Below are positions 24,904-37,992 of a DNA stretch of 64,000 nucleotides, piece by piece; within the stretch, counting starts at the first letter, position 1; the number at the start of each line of letters is the position of its first letter. This stretch comes from Octopus bimaculoides (Eukaryota). The position numbers and the translations under genes were made by a program. Location: the NCBI RefSeq assembly GCF_001194135.2, contig NC_069003.1, positions 19,197,554 to 19,261,553 on the forward strand, read 5' to 3'. The notes under the pieces are model-generated. The model was not told the origin of the DNA, did not search any database, and was given only the letters and a program-made list of their open reading frames with translations.

Positions 24904-26919
24904 ATATATTTATACATATGCATACACACATAAATGTGTATATATGCACACACATATGTATCTGTATATGTGTGAGTATACATACACACATATGCATATA
25001 TACACATGTTTATGCACATATACATACATACCAACACACACATAGGCATGTATATTAAACATACATACATGCAAACACATATACACAGAGGTTTGTATAT
25101 ACATACACATGTATGTAAAAGAATCTAGACATATGTAAATATATGATTTATCACATGAAAAATGTTTTATATTATGAAGAAAAAATGCAAAAACAAAAAA
25201 AAAACAAATACAATACAACCTACTACAAACAAACAAAAAAACAAAACAATTTAAAACGATGCTATTTACAATAATCTGACTACACCAGCACATTAATAAA
25301 GCGTCAGAGTAGAGACAATGTCATCTGAAAAGCAAAAAGTTGTACAAAAATCTTTTGCTGTGTAAAGTATTTCCTGTGATAAAAGAATGTGATGCACTGA
25401 ATGTGTAAATATAATTAACACTAAAACAGCCATCTGTATATCATACTTAATGTGTATAGACAGTTGATAGGCCAGTTACTGCAGTATTTGTCCTGAGATA
25501 ACATCTCTTAAAGACTTGTTATGTTAAACATACAACACATGAAAATTTGTGCCAGAAGTGACCAAGAGTGCTAGATGCATTTCCACTGTTTGAAGTTTCT
25601 TTTTATATTTATATTTATTTATTCAATTACCTATATCATACAATTAATACTGTAAGAATAAAAGTATAACAAGTATAATTATTGATTTATTAACTACATT
25701 ATTTTAAGTAACTAACCATTTGTGTACACATTAATTTCTTTATGTAATAATTGCAAAATGAGCAAGTGCACACATAGAGCGTGAAGGAAACAGAGCCAAA
25801 AAATGCACCACCAAGTGGTCAGCAAATTACACAATTTACACAATTAAGTATCTAATGTTCCCCCCCCCCACCAAAAAGAAAAAAAAAGACAAAGGAGATA
25901 TTATATAATGTGGTTCCTAGATGCATTGTACCTGAAAATAAGACAAGACTGTCATGACTAGAGAAGCTATCATCATAGATCTATTTCATAAGAGCTGACC
26001 TGAGGTCACTGAGATGGTCAGAGAAATGGAAAGAAGAGACCAAAACTGATGAGATTGGTGTAGTAGGGAGTTGTGAACTGTGATGTTGAGTTCTCTGTCT
26101 TTAGTTTAGATTAGAAAATAAGGTCTGGATGTTTAGAACTAAGCGGATAGCCAAGTACTTAGTTGTAGTGTTAATCTGGGTGAAGGATTGACTATGCTAA
26201 ACATCTGATGGGCTTCTGAACAGTTTTCATCTACCAATGTTACTAACAAGGCTTGGTGTTGAAAAGAGTCATCCTTAGACATAGTAGAAGACCATTCCCC
26301 AGGGTATCATAGAGTGGGATTGAACACACAAATGAATCATTATCATGCCACGCTGGCATGTGATGTATGGATGGATGGATGGATCCTTATGGCTGAAAGC
26401 AGTTCCCATTCAGAGTTATGGGAACCTAGCATGATTGGAGGATCACGTTTCACTCATTTTATTTTAGTTCTTAAACCAACGACTTTACAGAATATATTGG
26501 GTTCATTGTTATGGTAGTGTCAGCACCAATGAAGTTGCTTTCTATCTTGCATGACCGAAGGGGTTCTATACAGTTTTTTGTAGCCTCTGTCCATTCAGAG
26601 CAGTTAGACCAATAGAGAGGGTAGAAGAGAGGGCAATAGTAGAAGTTGAATGAGAGGGAGAGAGAGAGAGGGAGGGGGGAGTGCAGGATGAAAAGAGTGA
26701 ATGTGAAGGTGAACCAACTGCCACCAAGTAATGGTTTTACCTTCTCTGGAAGCAGACATAATTTCAATAAATCAATAATTTATTTTGTATATTATTTAGT
26801 ATACCCTTATTCATTTTTGTTGTTCAATTAAATGCCAGTGTCTGCTCTGAATTCCTCATAGCTCATGTTCATATCATTTACATAAATTATCTCAGTATTT
26901 TATCTGCTGAAGATAAGTT

Positions 26920-26979
26920 AGGGCTATTGTTGTGCTGATGATGCCTACTGAGGCAGAAACATATGTCCATGGCTGCCCT
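26920..26979 (+). ncRNA. Minimal type-I hammerhead ribozyme (Penelope-like architecture)
   Basis: CUGAUGA core 26935-26941; stem II UGCCU/AGGCA with ACUG loop; GAAA 26956-26959; palindromic stem III ACAUAUGU; GUC cleavage triplet ending at 26967; stem I GUUGUG/CAUGGC extended by AGGGC/GCCCU. Confidence 0.75.
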
Positions 26980-28350
26980 CTTTTTTCTCAATGATATGTT
27001 AATTTTGGAGAATTATTGATTCTTGAGATTATCTTCCCTTCTCATTTGGTGTTAGTACCAGTTGCCACCAAAAAATTTCTCTACCTTCTCTGAAAGCAGA
27101 GATAATTTCGGTAAATCAAGAATATATTTTGTATGGTATTTAATATATCTTTAGTCTTCTCTGTTATTCAAATACAAGCCACTAGCTTATATACACAAAC
27201 ATAGAGCTATATGTGCATGTGTGTGTATGTTATATTATGTATGCGCATGCAACACACAGGCATATGGGATGTATGTATAAATATACAGTATATGCACAGC
27301 CAAATATATATTTATGGATGTATGAGTGTGTGTATGTATGTACACTTACACATACATACAAATAACATGTTTAGTCAAACTGAAATCTCAAGTTACACTA
27401 CATAAGATCAAAAGTTTAAAATCCATTCTCTTTCCCTTGTGTATACTCTACTAAGTAAGTGGGGACCAATCTCTCTCTTATTCTCTCCCTAGCTCCTTCA
27501 CTCATACACACATAATATTAAACAAAATATTATTTGTGTGTGTATACTATATGCATGTATGTATGAGGTGGTGGGTGCATCTTCTCGACTGTTTTGGGAA
27601 TTTAAATCCATTTGTTGCTCTCAAAATGTTCAAAATCTCTGAAGCAATGACTGCTATTTGCTAATGTAACATTAAGTCAAGATAATTGTGTACCAGATTA
27701 CCTCCAATATATTTCTGCTGCTTTCTACCTCTGGTATTTGAGTACTCTTTTTTTCTACCTTGTTGCACATTTATGTGCTTACTCTGGTATATATGTGTAT
27801 GTGTGTGTGTGTGTATGCGTGCGAGTGTTTGTGTGTGTGTGTGTATGTGTGTGCGTGTGTGTGTGTATGAGTGTGTGTTTATGTTTATGCTCGTCTCACA
27901 TCACTGCTTGACAACCAGTGTTGGTTTATGTCCCTATAACCTAGTGGTTCAACAAAAGGAGACCAATAGAATAAGTACCAGGTTTTTAAAAAAAGTACTG
28001 GGGTTGATTTGTTCAATTATATATAGTTGAATGAAGGCAGTGCCCCAGCATGACCACAGTCTAATGACTGAAACAATTGAAAGAATAAAAGAATATAAAG
28101 TTGTACTTCATTCTTATCATTCTGTACCTCTCAAATATTGACTGTGAGTTAGTAAGAGAGCTTATATTAGGTCACTTTATTGTCTTAAATACAGAGAGAC
28201 ACTAATGAAAAGGCTGCCTATAGACATCTACTGGAGAGAGAAATTATCCAATGATGTTACTGAAGGAGACTGTGTAGTCTTACATATACGTTGCTCCTGA
28301 AAAATAAATGTGGGCTAGTCATGACTGGAGTGTTTCTGACCTTAAGTCTG

Positions 28351-28710
28351 AATGGTTTCAAATTTTTCAACAAGGGCAGCCATTTTGGGGAGGGGACTAG
28401 TCGATTACATCAATCCCAGTGTTTCACTGGTACTTATCTTATCAACACCAAAAGGTTGAAAGGTAAAAATCAACCTTGGCAGAATTTGAACTCAGAATGC
28501 AGTGACAGGTGAAATACTGTTAAGTTGGCAGAATCGTTAGCTTGCTGGACAAAATGCTTAATGGTATTTCGCCCATCACTATGTTCTGAGTTCAAATTCC
28601 GCCAAGGTCAACTTTGCCTTTCATCCTTTCCGGGGTCAATAAACGATGTAATTGACTCATCCCCTTCCCACAAAAATTGCTGTCCTTCTGACAAAATGTG
28701 AAACCAATAA
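28351..28710. mobile_element. Head-to-head pair of family A SINEs
   Basis: Minus copy 28351-28524 directly followed by a plus copy starting near 28525; the arms are complementary. Confidence 0.75.
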
Positions 28711-28755
28711 TAATAATAAGAAGAAGAACAACAACAACAACAACTGTATACAAAC

Positions 28756-28848
28756 CTGAGAAGCAGGACCATTTGGTGCTATGGACTTCACAAATATACC
28801 TGGTTTTGTTTTGCCTTCCATAATTGTAAATCCCAAACCAGCCAATCC
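28756..28848 (-). CDS. MPDZ: MPDZ exon, PDZ9-equivalent N-half: GLAGLGFTIMEGKTKPGIFVKSIAPNGPASQ
   Basis: Acceptor tttatcaag, donor CAG|gtttgt; 93 nt, phase 0 to 0; GLGF carboxylate-binding loop. Confidence 0.93.
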
Positions 28849-30164
28849 CTTGATAAATAAAGAAATAAAAGAGAATTAAATTATGCAAATAAATGCATTT
28901 TTGCAATTTCATTATCAAATGTGTAAAAAAAAGATTAAAGAAAAACAACAATCAAACTCAAACAATAAAAGAATTTCAGAGAAATTTAACTTTTAGAAAC
29001 TCCTCTAATTCTCTCTCTCTCTTTTTTGACTAGTATATAACAATTCTATCTGGAGTTGCTATTTGCCAAAAGTTTATTGGTTCAAATTCCATCACCAGCT
29101 CTGCAATCTGATTCTGATCAGATATATCCAAGACAATTGTCAGGAATCCAATTTATCTATCTGCTTAAAAAAATATAATTATGGTTTAATTAGAGGAGCA
29201 AGAGCAGTACTCCTGGTCCTCCTTTTCTTGCAAAGGCCTTTATATGATGATAGCGACCCACACAATTAGAAATAATTATTACTGGAGTATAACAATCATT
29301 ACTGAATTGTATGTAGTACTGTGTAATTCAGGAGTAGTCTACTAGTTTGCCATGTTAACTTCCAGTACTCTGAGTAGAGCATGATAGGTGCAATGTCCAG
29401 CAGAATTTCATGGGGGTGATGTATGATGAGAGTTACTGATTTTCCTGTTTTTGAGGTTTATTAATAACTAACTGGCCTTGTGCCACCAAAAATGACAGCT
29501 AATTGTAGTATTTTATATATAAATAAGGCACAAAATAAGGTATATCATAGTCACACAAACATTCACATACTTCCCTTGCACATGCACACACATATACTCA
29601 CACAGAGTTGAAACGTTATTTGATTTTTCTTTTCAGCATTGAATGTTCACTCACACATATAAACATTAACATTTTGCCATCACCCCTTCCTTCCTTATTC
29701 ATCTATCACCCTTTACAAGAGTATTATTATATCACCATCCCACTTCCATTGCACACACGCACATTCACATATCTCTCTTTTTACACACACATACTCACAC
29801 AGAGTTGAAATGCTGTTTGATTTTTTTTTTCACCTCTTCCTTTCATATTCATCTCCCACTCCTTCCTTTCTCATTCATATGTTGTGACAGAGAAAGACAC
29901 GAGTATTATAGCAAAGATGATTTTTAAACATAAGCACAAAGTTTCTGGTTTGTGGGATGTGTGGGGTGGAAGGGAGTATAACTGTACAGACCTTAGGAAT
30001 TGACTGATATTTACTTATATCATTGACTCCTGAAAGGATCAAAGTCAATTTTATGATTATGATAGGATCTAAATTCAGAATGTAAAGGGATAGAGCTAAA
30101 TATCACAAAGCATTATTATGTTCAGCAGTAGGGCAGCAAAAGGATAAAGATCCCTCCTACATAC

Positions 30165-30385
30165 AGGCTCATAGGCCCAGTTTCTCAGTTTCTGTGGTGT
30201 ATATATTCCCCACCTCGATGGGAAGCTGGTCTGTCATAGGTGGGGAATATTTTTGCTAGCTGAGTTAACTGGAGCAATGTGAAATGAAGTGTTTTGGTCA
30301 AGAACACAATGCATTGCCCAGTCCGAGAATTAAAACCACAATCTTACTATCATGAGTCTGACACCCTAACCACTAAGCCATGCGC
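30165..30385 (-). mobile_element. tRNA-derived SINE, family D (core TTGAGCAAAACACTTCATTTCACATTGCTCCAG); related copies at about 38925-39190 (-), 41850-42000 (+), 48535-48775 (+), 63530-63805 (-)
   Basis: Shared core recurs at several positions in the window. Confidence 0.65.
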
Positions 30386-32584
30386 CTCCATGGCAGAATT
30401 ATTAGTGTATCATTAATGCTTAGTGACATTTCTTCTACCTGCTTATGTTACAATTTTAAATCCTGCTCGGTCAACTTTGCCTGTTTTTTTTTTTAAAGTC
30501 AATAAAATAAAGTAACGGTTAAATCTTGGGGTTAATGTAATCATCTAAAACCCTCACTGCCAAAAACTGCTGGCCATGTGCCCAAATTTGTAAACAATTA
30601 TTGTGTCCAGCATCCTCCAAATTCTGCCAATCCACAACATTTCTGAGATTGGTAGTATCATTAGAGCACTGGACAAAATGCTTTCTGGAATTTATTCTGG
30701 CTCTTTACATACTGAGTTCAAATCTTGCCATGATCAACTTTACCTTTTATCCTTCAGGGTTTGATAAAATAAAATAACAGTGAAATAACTACAGAGGTTT
30801 TACTCATGCTAAATTTCTGGCTTTGCACTAATGTTTGAAATTATTATTATTATAATTATTATTGAAGATGTCACACAATATCCAATATTGTGATGTTGTA
30901 GCTTGAAGATATTGTGGGTACCAGGGATTTGTACTGTCTGTCAAATCACAACAAAGACCTCAGACAGACAGTACTTCATGCAGTATGTGTGCAGTTCCAA
31001 GTAAAGCTGATTTTTGTAATACACCAAAATAGTGTATTTCTAAAGTGCCCAGATGGTTCTTCAGGTTGGGTGGTATTGAACCCAATGTTCCAATGACAAC
31101 ATAGACAACCTTTATGTTTGACTCTCACAGCTGCTACAACTTGACGATCTCAATTTTCAGGTCTCCATATTTCTTGATCTTTTCTCTTTTTTTCCTTTAG
31201 AGAAAAGGTCAATAATAATTAGTATTGTTATTCAAATGAGTGAAAGTATATGGTGTAGAGGTTTAGGTGTTAGACAGATATCATTAAGTCATGGGTTTAG
31301 TTCTCAGGCTTGGTGATGTATTGTGTCATTGAGGAAGGAATTTTGTTTCATATTACTTCAGTGTACTCAGCTGATAATGAGCACTAGACAGAGCCACTGG
31401 CGGTGGGGTGGGTAACCATTGCAACAGATCTGCATCCTTTTCAGGGTGGTGGAGTCATGTACTCTCCGTTACTTAAACATCTTAGCAACCAGAACAAGCT
31501 CTGTAGGCTTAGTAGGTTTAAGAGAGGAAGAGAGGGAGGAGAAAAGAGAGAGAGAAACATTAACTTTTAATGCAAATGAAGTGAAGTGGTACCAAGTGAA
31601 AACTGTGTCAAATTCATTTAACAAAGTTAATTGATTGGGAATTGAACCGTAAATACTACAGTCTCCATGGACATCAATAAAAAAGTCAGATATATATTAC
31701 TAAGGCTGGTATTCATTTTCCTTTGTCTTCTCTTCTCTGCATCTCTTTTATTCCTTTATATATTCTATCCAAGATATTTTGATTTAATTTCAATAATTTT
31801 TTTAGAAATGTCGAAGATGAAAAAATATATTTATATAGGCATAATGACTCTCCCTAGACACAAGAATATATATGTATTATATATATATATATATATAAAA
31901 TAAAGGAGTTCAAATCTATGCATAAAAATACACCCATTATTTTTTCTTTCTTTCTCTTTATTCTTATTTTTTACTACTCTTTCATTATCACATTTTATTC
32001 TTTTCATTTGCAATACAGAAAATATATATCACAAAACAGTTATCATATAAATATATATATGAAAACATATGCAAAACATGTTTTAGAAAAGAGGAAAAAA
32101 CTGTAAATAATAATAATAATGAGTGAAGAAACCTTGCAGAATAATATATTATAATTCAAAACATTTTTTTGTTGTTGTTATATAAAAGATGTGAAAAAAG
32201 CTGTGCTTATAAGTTGATTTCTATTGAAATTTTAAAATCTTGTGAATCATTTCCATAAAAGTTTAAAATATCTGTCTGTTTGTGCAGAGGGAGAAAGACA
32301 TAGAAAACTGCACACACATATAGAAATATATATATATATATATATATATAAATATATATATATCGTCATTGTTTTAACATTTACTTTTCCATGCTTACAA
32401 AAGGTTGAAGAGATTTGTTAAGGTAGATGGCTGGATGCCATTCCTGTTGCTAACCCTTGCCTGTTTCAATGCAAGCCTGATGGCTACATATGTATTCACC
32501 AAAGGTTGGAAATGGAGATACTGCTTGAATGAAAGTGACACTTATTTACAACTACAGCATGATACCAAGATAAGGCAATACAAA

Positions 32585-32760
32585 CACATGTACATTCATG
32601 ACAGAGTTCTTTCAGTTTCCATCTACCAAATCCACTCACAAGGCTTTGGTTGATCTGAGACAAAAGTAGAAAACCCTTGCCCAGGGTGCCATGCAGTGGG
32701 ACTGAACCTGGAACCATGTGGTTGGGAAGCAAACTTCTCAACACACAGCTACACCTGCGT
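32585..32760 (-). mobile_element. SINE family B 5' half
   Basis: Contains the head and the CCTTGGGCAAG core. Confidence 0.7.
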
Positions 32761-33797
32761 CTATGTATATATATATATATATATTATTATTATACGATGA
32801 GTCTTCTATAGTTGCTTTCTCCCCATAACTTACAAAGCCTTTCGGGTTTGTTTACAAATATCATATGTAGTATTAGACAGTTTAAATATATGTTCATTAA
32901 ATTTGGCTGAAATTGATGGGTGAGCATTTGGCCCAATCAGATGCACAAGGAGCTGAGTTAGTGTTGATTCATGGGTTCAATTCTGGCTGGGGTTAGCTCA
33001 TCATTTTCAGTTATTTGTTTGTATTCAAAAATAGTCACTTCAAATTAGAGAATAAAATATTATTATTATGATATATTATTATACAATCATATATACATAT
33101 ATATCTATGACAAACTCTCCCATCGAAGACGGTGTATAAGTGTTCAGTTTTTTCCGAATGACCTGCACAAGTTATTTATTTGTAGTGGTCAAATGTATGT
33201 GCTGTACATGACCTCACCCTCTCCATCAAATTGACTTTGCATGAACAGGTGTACAACGTACCACACATCAGGTGTTGAAGTGTAGAGGTAGCTAGTTGTT
33301 AGACAAATGACATATTTACAAAACAGTCACTATGCCAATTTGTAAAAGACAGCTGGAAACAGTTGTTTAAATTAACCTTTCCCCAAGAATTCCTATACCC
33401 TGTAGATCAGTAACTTCCAAAGTTTTCCACACCATGGTACACTTAATACAGTACTAAAAATATTGTTGCATGATATCAGATTTTTTAAAAAGTTCTCTCT
33501 CTCTCTCTCTCTCTCTAGATATATATATATATACATATACACACTTACATACACCAACAAATGGACACCATTTATACCTCTCTTGCTCTTTAATGACCTT
33601 GAGAATGTGTTTTTAGCTCAGAATATCAGTATTAATTAATACCTCCTAAGGTAGCATTTCCATATTTTTCAATATTAATTTTAGATGGGTGCCAGCATTA
33701 CATATATAAGTACCTAATTCTTTCTTAGCTAGAAATGACAGAATCCCAAACTAAAGTAAAACAAAGCTGCTCATGGAAAATTAAGCAACAACAATAC

Positions 33798-33929
33798 CTT
33801 GTTCAACACAATGACTTGGATTGCATCTTGTAATACAGGGGTGGAATATTCACTCGGTACATTTGGTACCCTGATTTCAATAGATGATGGCGGTCGAGAT
33901 TCATGGCTTGAATGATGATCTTCATTCTG
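33798..33929 (-). CDS. MPDZ: MPDZ exon, linker into PDZ9-equivalent: QNEDHHSSHESRPPSSIEIRVPNVPSEYSTPVLQDAIQVIVLNK
   Basis: Acceptor atttccag (tandem CAGCAG), donor AAG|gtattg; 132 nt, phase 0 to 0, open. IQVIVLNK runs into GLAGLGF of the next exon. Confidence 0.85.
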
Positions 33930-35603
33930 CTGGAAATATATGAATACAAAACAGAAATGAGAGGAGTAAATAAATCATCTTTAGAATTTTAGATTTTATT
34001 ATTAAATTTAAAAATTATGATTTTACAATGAGCTGAAAATTTGGTATGTACAATTGAGGTAGTATTTAGTTAAAACAACTATCTTTGTGTGAGTATAGGT
34101 CCCAAGAAGTTGAATTGCATCTGGTGCTCTCATTGGCTGCTGCTGGAATGAATTTCTGTCTCTCTCTGATATTTATTTTTAAAAGAGTGTTGCAAAATGT
34201 GTCCTCTTGACAACAACATGGCTCCAATAGCAAAATTAGCAGCAAGGAAACCACAGACCAGCCCAGTAAGCCAACTTGCCCGGAGAAAAAGAAGTTGTGC
34301 ACAGCTAGATGTCTTGTGGAATGTAGTTTTTCAGTGCCCGGCTTCACACTGACTGATCTCTACTTACTGCTTGCCTTTTATACTCATACACTAATCTTCC
34401 AAACAGTCATGTGCCTTTGTAACATTTTTTCAATGTTGCGTTGTTACTCAGCATCTAGTGTGACTTACACATCAAACTCCCACTTCCTTCTTTTGCCAAC
34501 AACATGCTAACTAGCATCACTATCATTACAAAGAACATGCTAAATGTTGTCACGATATGACAAAGCTGTGGCCGCTGGTGCTTCTTAACTGAGGTAATGT
34601 CCATTAATTGACCACCTCTCCTAAGACTGTATATGTCTGTATATACATATACATATAGTGCAGCTTACTGTCACAGTAGCTCGAACTTTATTCTGTCATA
34701 ACAATAGCAAATCTATAAGAGATGTTACCTCAAAACAAATACTACAGTGTGTATACATTAAGTATGAAACATAGAAGGTTATAATGACATAAAGGTTTGC
34801 TTGGTACATGTGTATTGGAGTCTGTGTGTTTCATCATCGATGGTGTGTCTACTGACTTCACTTATACTTGTCGCTAACCACAATGTTCAAAACATTTTCC
34901 CCAAGCATCATCCTGTTGTCATCCCTTCTCTATTAATACCCTGTCATTTGTTCATTACATCCTAATCCTTTCATCCATCCCCCATCAACCTCCAACACCT
35001 CTCACCCACCCTGGCTCTATTCTCTTTCAGTCACACCACTCCTGCTCATGCTACTTTGAATGTATAGAGATACCACAAGATGTAGAAGAACCTTTAGGCC
35101 TGTCATACACAGTAACTTCTCAAGGATAAAGAGGACCCTCAAGTGTTAATCCCATGATAAAATGAACCTAGTGAATTCTGCAAAGTGATTCATGATAGAG
35201 AGGGCATCCAGCTGTAGAAATTATGTCAAAATTGAAATGTATGAGTGAGATATGCTCCTAGGACCATTACAACCTGTCCAACTCATACCAGCATGTCAAG
35301 TGGACATTGAATAATGATGATGATGATGATGGTAAGGCAATAAATAAATATATTCTTTATTCGTTACATTAAATTGATTAACATAAAACTAATTATGTCA
35401 AATTATTAGTGGGTATCAAATCCTGGTATATGAAGTATACTTCATGTAATTTAGTGTCTAATTAACAATAATTATTGGGATGCTTTATCTCAAGTGATAA
35501 CAATAATTAGTTGATATAATTAGAGAATCTGGTTGAGGCTTGGTTGTTTTTAGTCACTAACATTTTTTAAGCAAATTAAACAGGATATGTTTAATAGGAA
35601 CAT

Positions 35604-35703
<100 letters not shown>

Positions 35704-35978
35704 AGGAAGGAGACGGAGAAAGCCAATTATTTAATTTTAAAATTAGCCTTTAGGATCTTGTTTTACTCTTATACAGTGAATTATTGGCTGAAAAGTGTCT
35801 GTGTGTATCTATCTATCTACCTATCTATACACACATATATACACAAACATATATATATATATGTATACATGCATCAATAAACATTTACGCATACATATAG
35901 AAACATTGAGAGAAACAGAAAAACCACCAGATCTTGAGGGAGAAAGGGGAGGAAAGTGAAAGAGAGAGAGAGAGAAAG

Positions 35979-36029
<51 letters not shown>

Positions 36030-36554
36030 GAGGGGGGGGAGAGAATGTGAAAAGACGGAAAAGACCAATATTATTGGTATAGGTCAAATTACCAGAATTG
36101 TTTGAAGAACTGGAGCAAGAGATTAGAGAAATCTATATTTCATCATTTATCAACTGTCTCATGTATCAGTGGCCTGTCTTTTGTTGTTACTGATTCTACT
36201 GATTATATACACACTGCACATATATACACACAGGGTTACACATGCGTGGACGTGTGGATATGTGTAGGCATGTGTGTGCATGAATGGATGCATAAATGTA
36301 TATGCATGGATGGATGTGTATATCATCATTGTTTAACGTCTACCTTCCATGCTGGTATGGGTAGGACTATATATATATATGTATGTATGCATGTATGTGT
36401 GTATGCATTTATCTATGTATGTTTTTGTGTGTCCAAGTGCATATATGCGTATATACATGTGTAGGTATGTGTGTGCATGAATGGATGTGTATATCTATCT
36501 ATCCTATATACCATCATGTATATATGTGTGTTTGTATGCTATCTTCCAGCATGT

Positions 36555-36623
<69 letters not shown>

Positions 36624-36899
36624 CAGGAACACATTATGTTACCAGTTCTTGTTGTTTAACCCTAGGTCAGTGCAGACCAAGCAGAGCTATCATTAAAGAT
36701 AAGATCTGGAATCCAATGAAAGTGGAATTGGTGTGTCGGCAGCAGACATTAATCCATAATAGTTTGAAGAGAACAAATACATTACAGAAAATTGATTTGG
36801 TGAGTGAAGAGAAACGTCCACCATTTCAGACATTTTTACAGAGACAGAAGAACTATAGAGGCAGATGCCATGGTCACAAAAGGCTAAACATATCAACCT

Positions 36900-37215
36900 T
36901 TACCTCCTCTCCCTCTCCTTTCTACCACAATGGTATCAGCCTCTATATTCTGTCACCTCTTTCTACAACAATGATATCAACCATTATAATCTTTCTCCCT
37001 TTCTACCACTATGCTGTCCTTCCCTTTTCTACAACAATGGTATCAACCTCTAAATCCTGTCTCTCCCCTCTCTACTACAATCTCTACACTCTCCCTCTCC
37101 TTTCTACCACAACAGTATCAGCCTCTGTATTCTGCCCCTGTCTTTTTATTTTTACCACAACAGTGGTAGCAACCTCTCTATTCTGTCTCTCCCCTTTCTA
37201 CCATAGTGGTATCAA
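36900..37215. repeat. Degenerate pyrimidine-rich minisatellite (about 45-50 bp unit)
   Basis: Repeated CCTTTCTACCACAATGGTATCAACCTCT...; explains the spurious 315-aa ORF. Confidence 0.75.
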
Positions 37216-37587
37216 CCTCAATATTCCATTTACACCACCACCATCACCACTTTCTGTAATCATGGTAATAGAGGACTACCCTGCACTACATAAGGAGTAT
37301 TTTCTTTCATCACTCTCTTGTCTTTCATGAATGAAAGATAAAAGTGACCTCAGCAGAATTCGAACTCAAAATCTAAAATGACCGAAGCACCAAACTGCTA
37401 GCTATTATGTCTACCACTCTCTCCCACAATCCACTGCTCTACTAATACTAATAAGGATTTGCATCAGTGACACAAAGATGCAAATTTAAGGTCTAGAAGT
37501 GTAGTTATCTAAACTGACCTCAGTACATAACTGCTACTTGTTTCATTGAATGTGGAAGGAGGACTTGAATTCAAAATATGAAAAGAA

Positions 37588-37748
37588 GGTGTAGGTGTGA
37601 CTGTGTGGTAAGACGATTGCTTCCTAACCACATGGCTCCAGGTTCAGTCCCACTGCATGGCACCTTGGGCAACTGTCTTCTACTATAGCCCCGGGCCAAC
37701 CAAAGCCTTGTGAGTGGATTTGGTAGATGGAAACTGGAAGAAGCCTGT

Positions 37749-37815
<67 letters not shown>

Positions 37816-37992
37816 ATGTCTTTGTATCTGTTTGACCCTCACCACTGTTTGACCACTGGTGTTGGTTTGTTTATGCTCCTGTAGCCTAGCAGTTCAGCAA
37901 AAGAGACCGATAGAATAAGTACCTGGCTTGAAAAGAGAAAAAAAGTGCTCCAGCATGGCTGCAGTCTAATGAGTGAAACAAATAAAAGATAA
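37588..37992 (+). mobile_element. SINE family B copy (plus orientation)
   Basis: GTGACTGTGTGGTAAG...GGTTCAGTCCCACTGCATGGCACCTTGGGC; (TA)n(TG)n middle; A-rich tail. Confidence 0.8.

Noticed and set aside
34066-34347. 93-aa ORF with a hydrophobic stretch
   Set aside because: GTG start, no splice signals, no recognisable family.
36383-37330. 315-aa plus-strand ORF
   Set aside because: Built from (CA/TA) microsatellite, a short repeat and a pyrimidine minisatellite; low-complexity, with no splice structure or recognisable domain.
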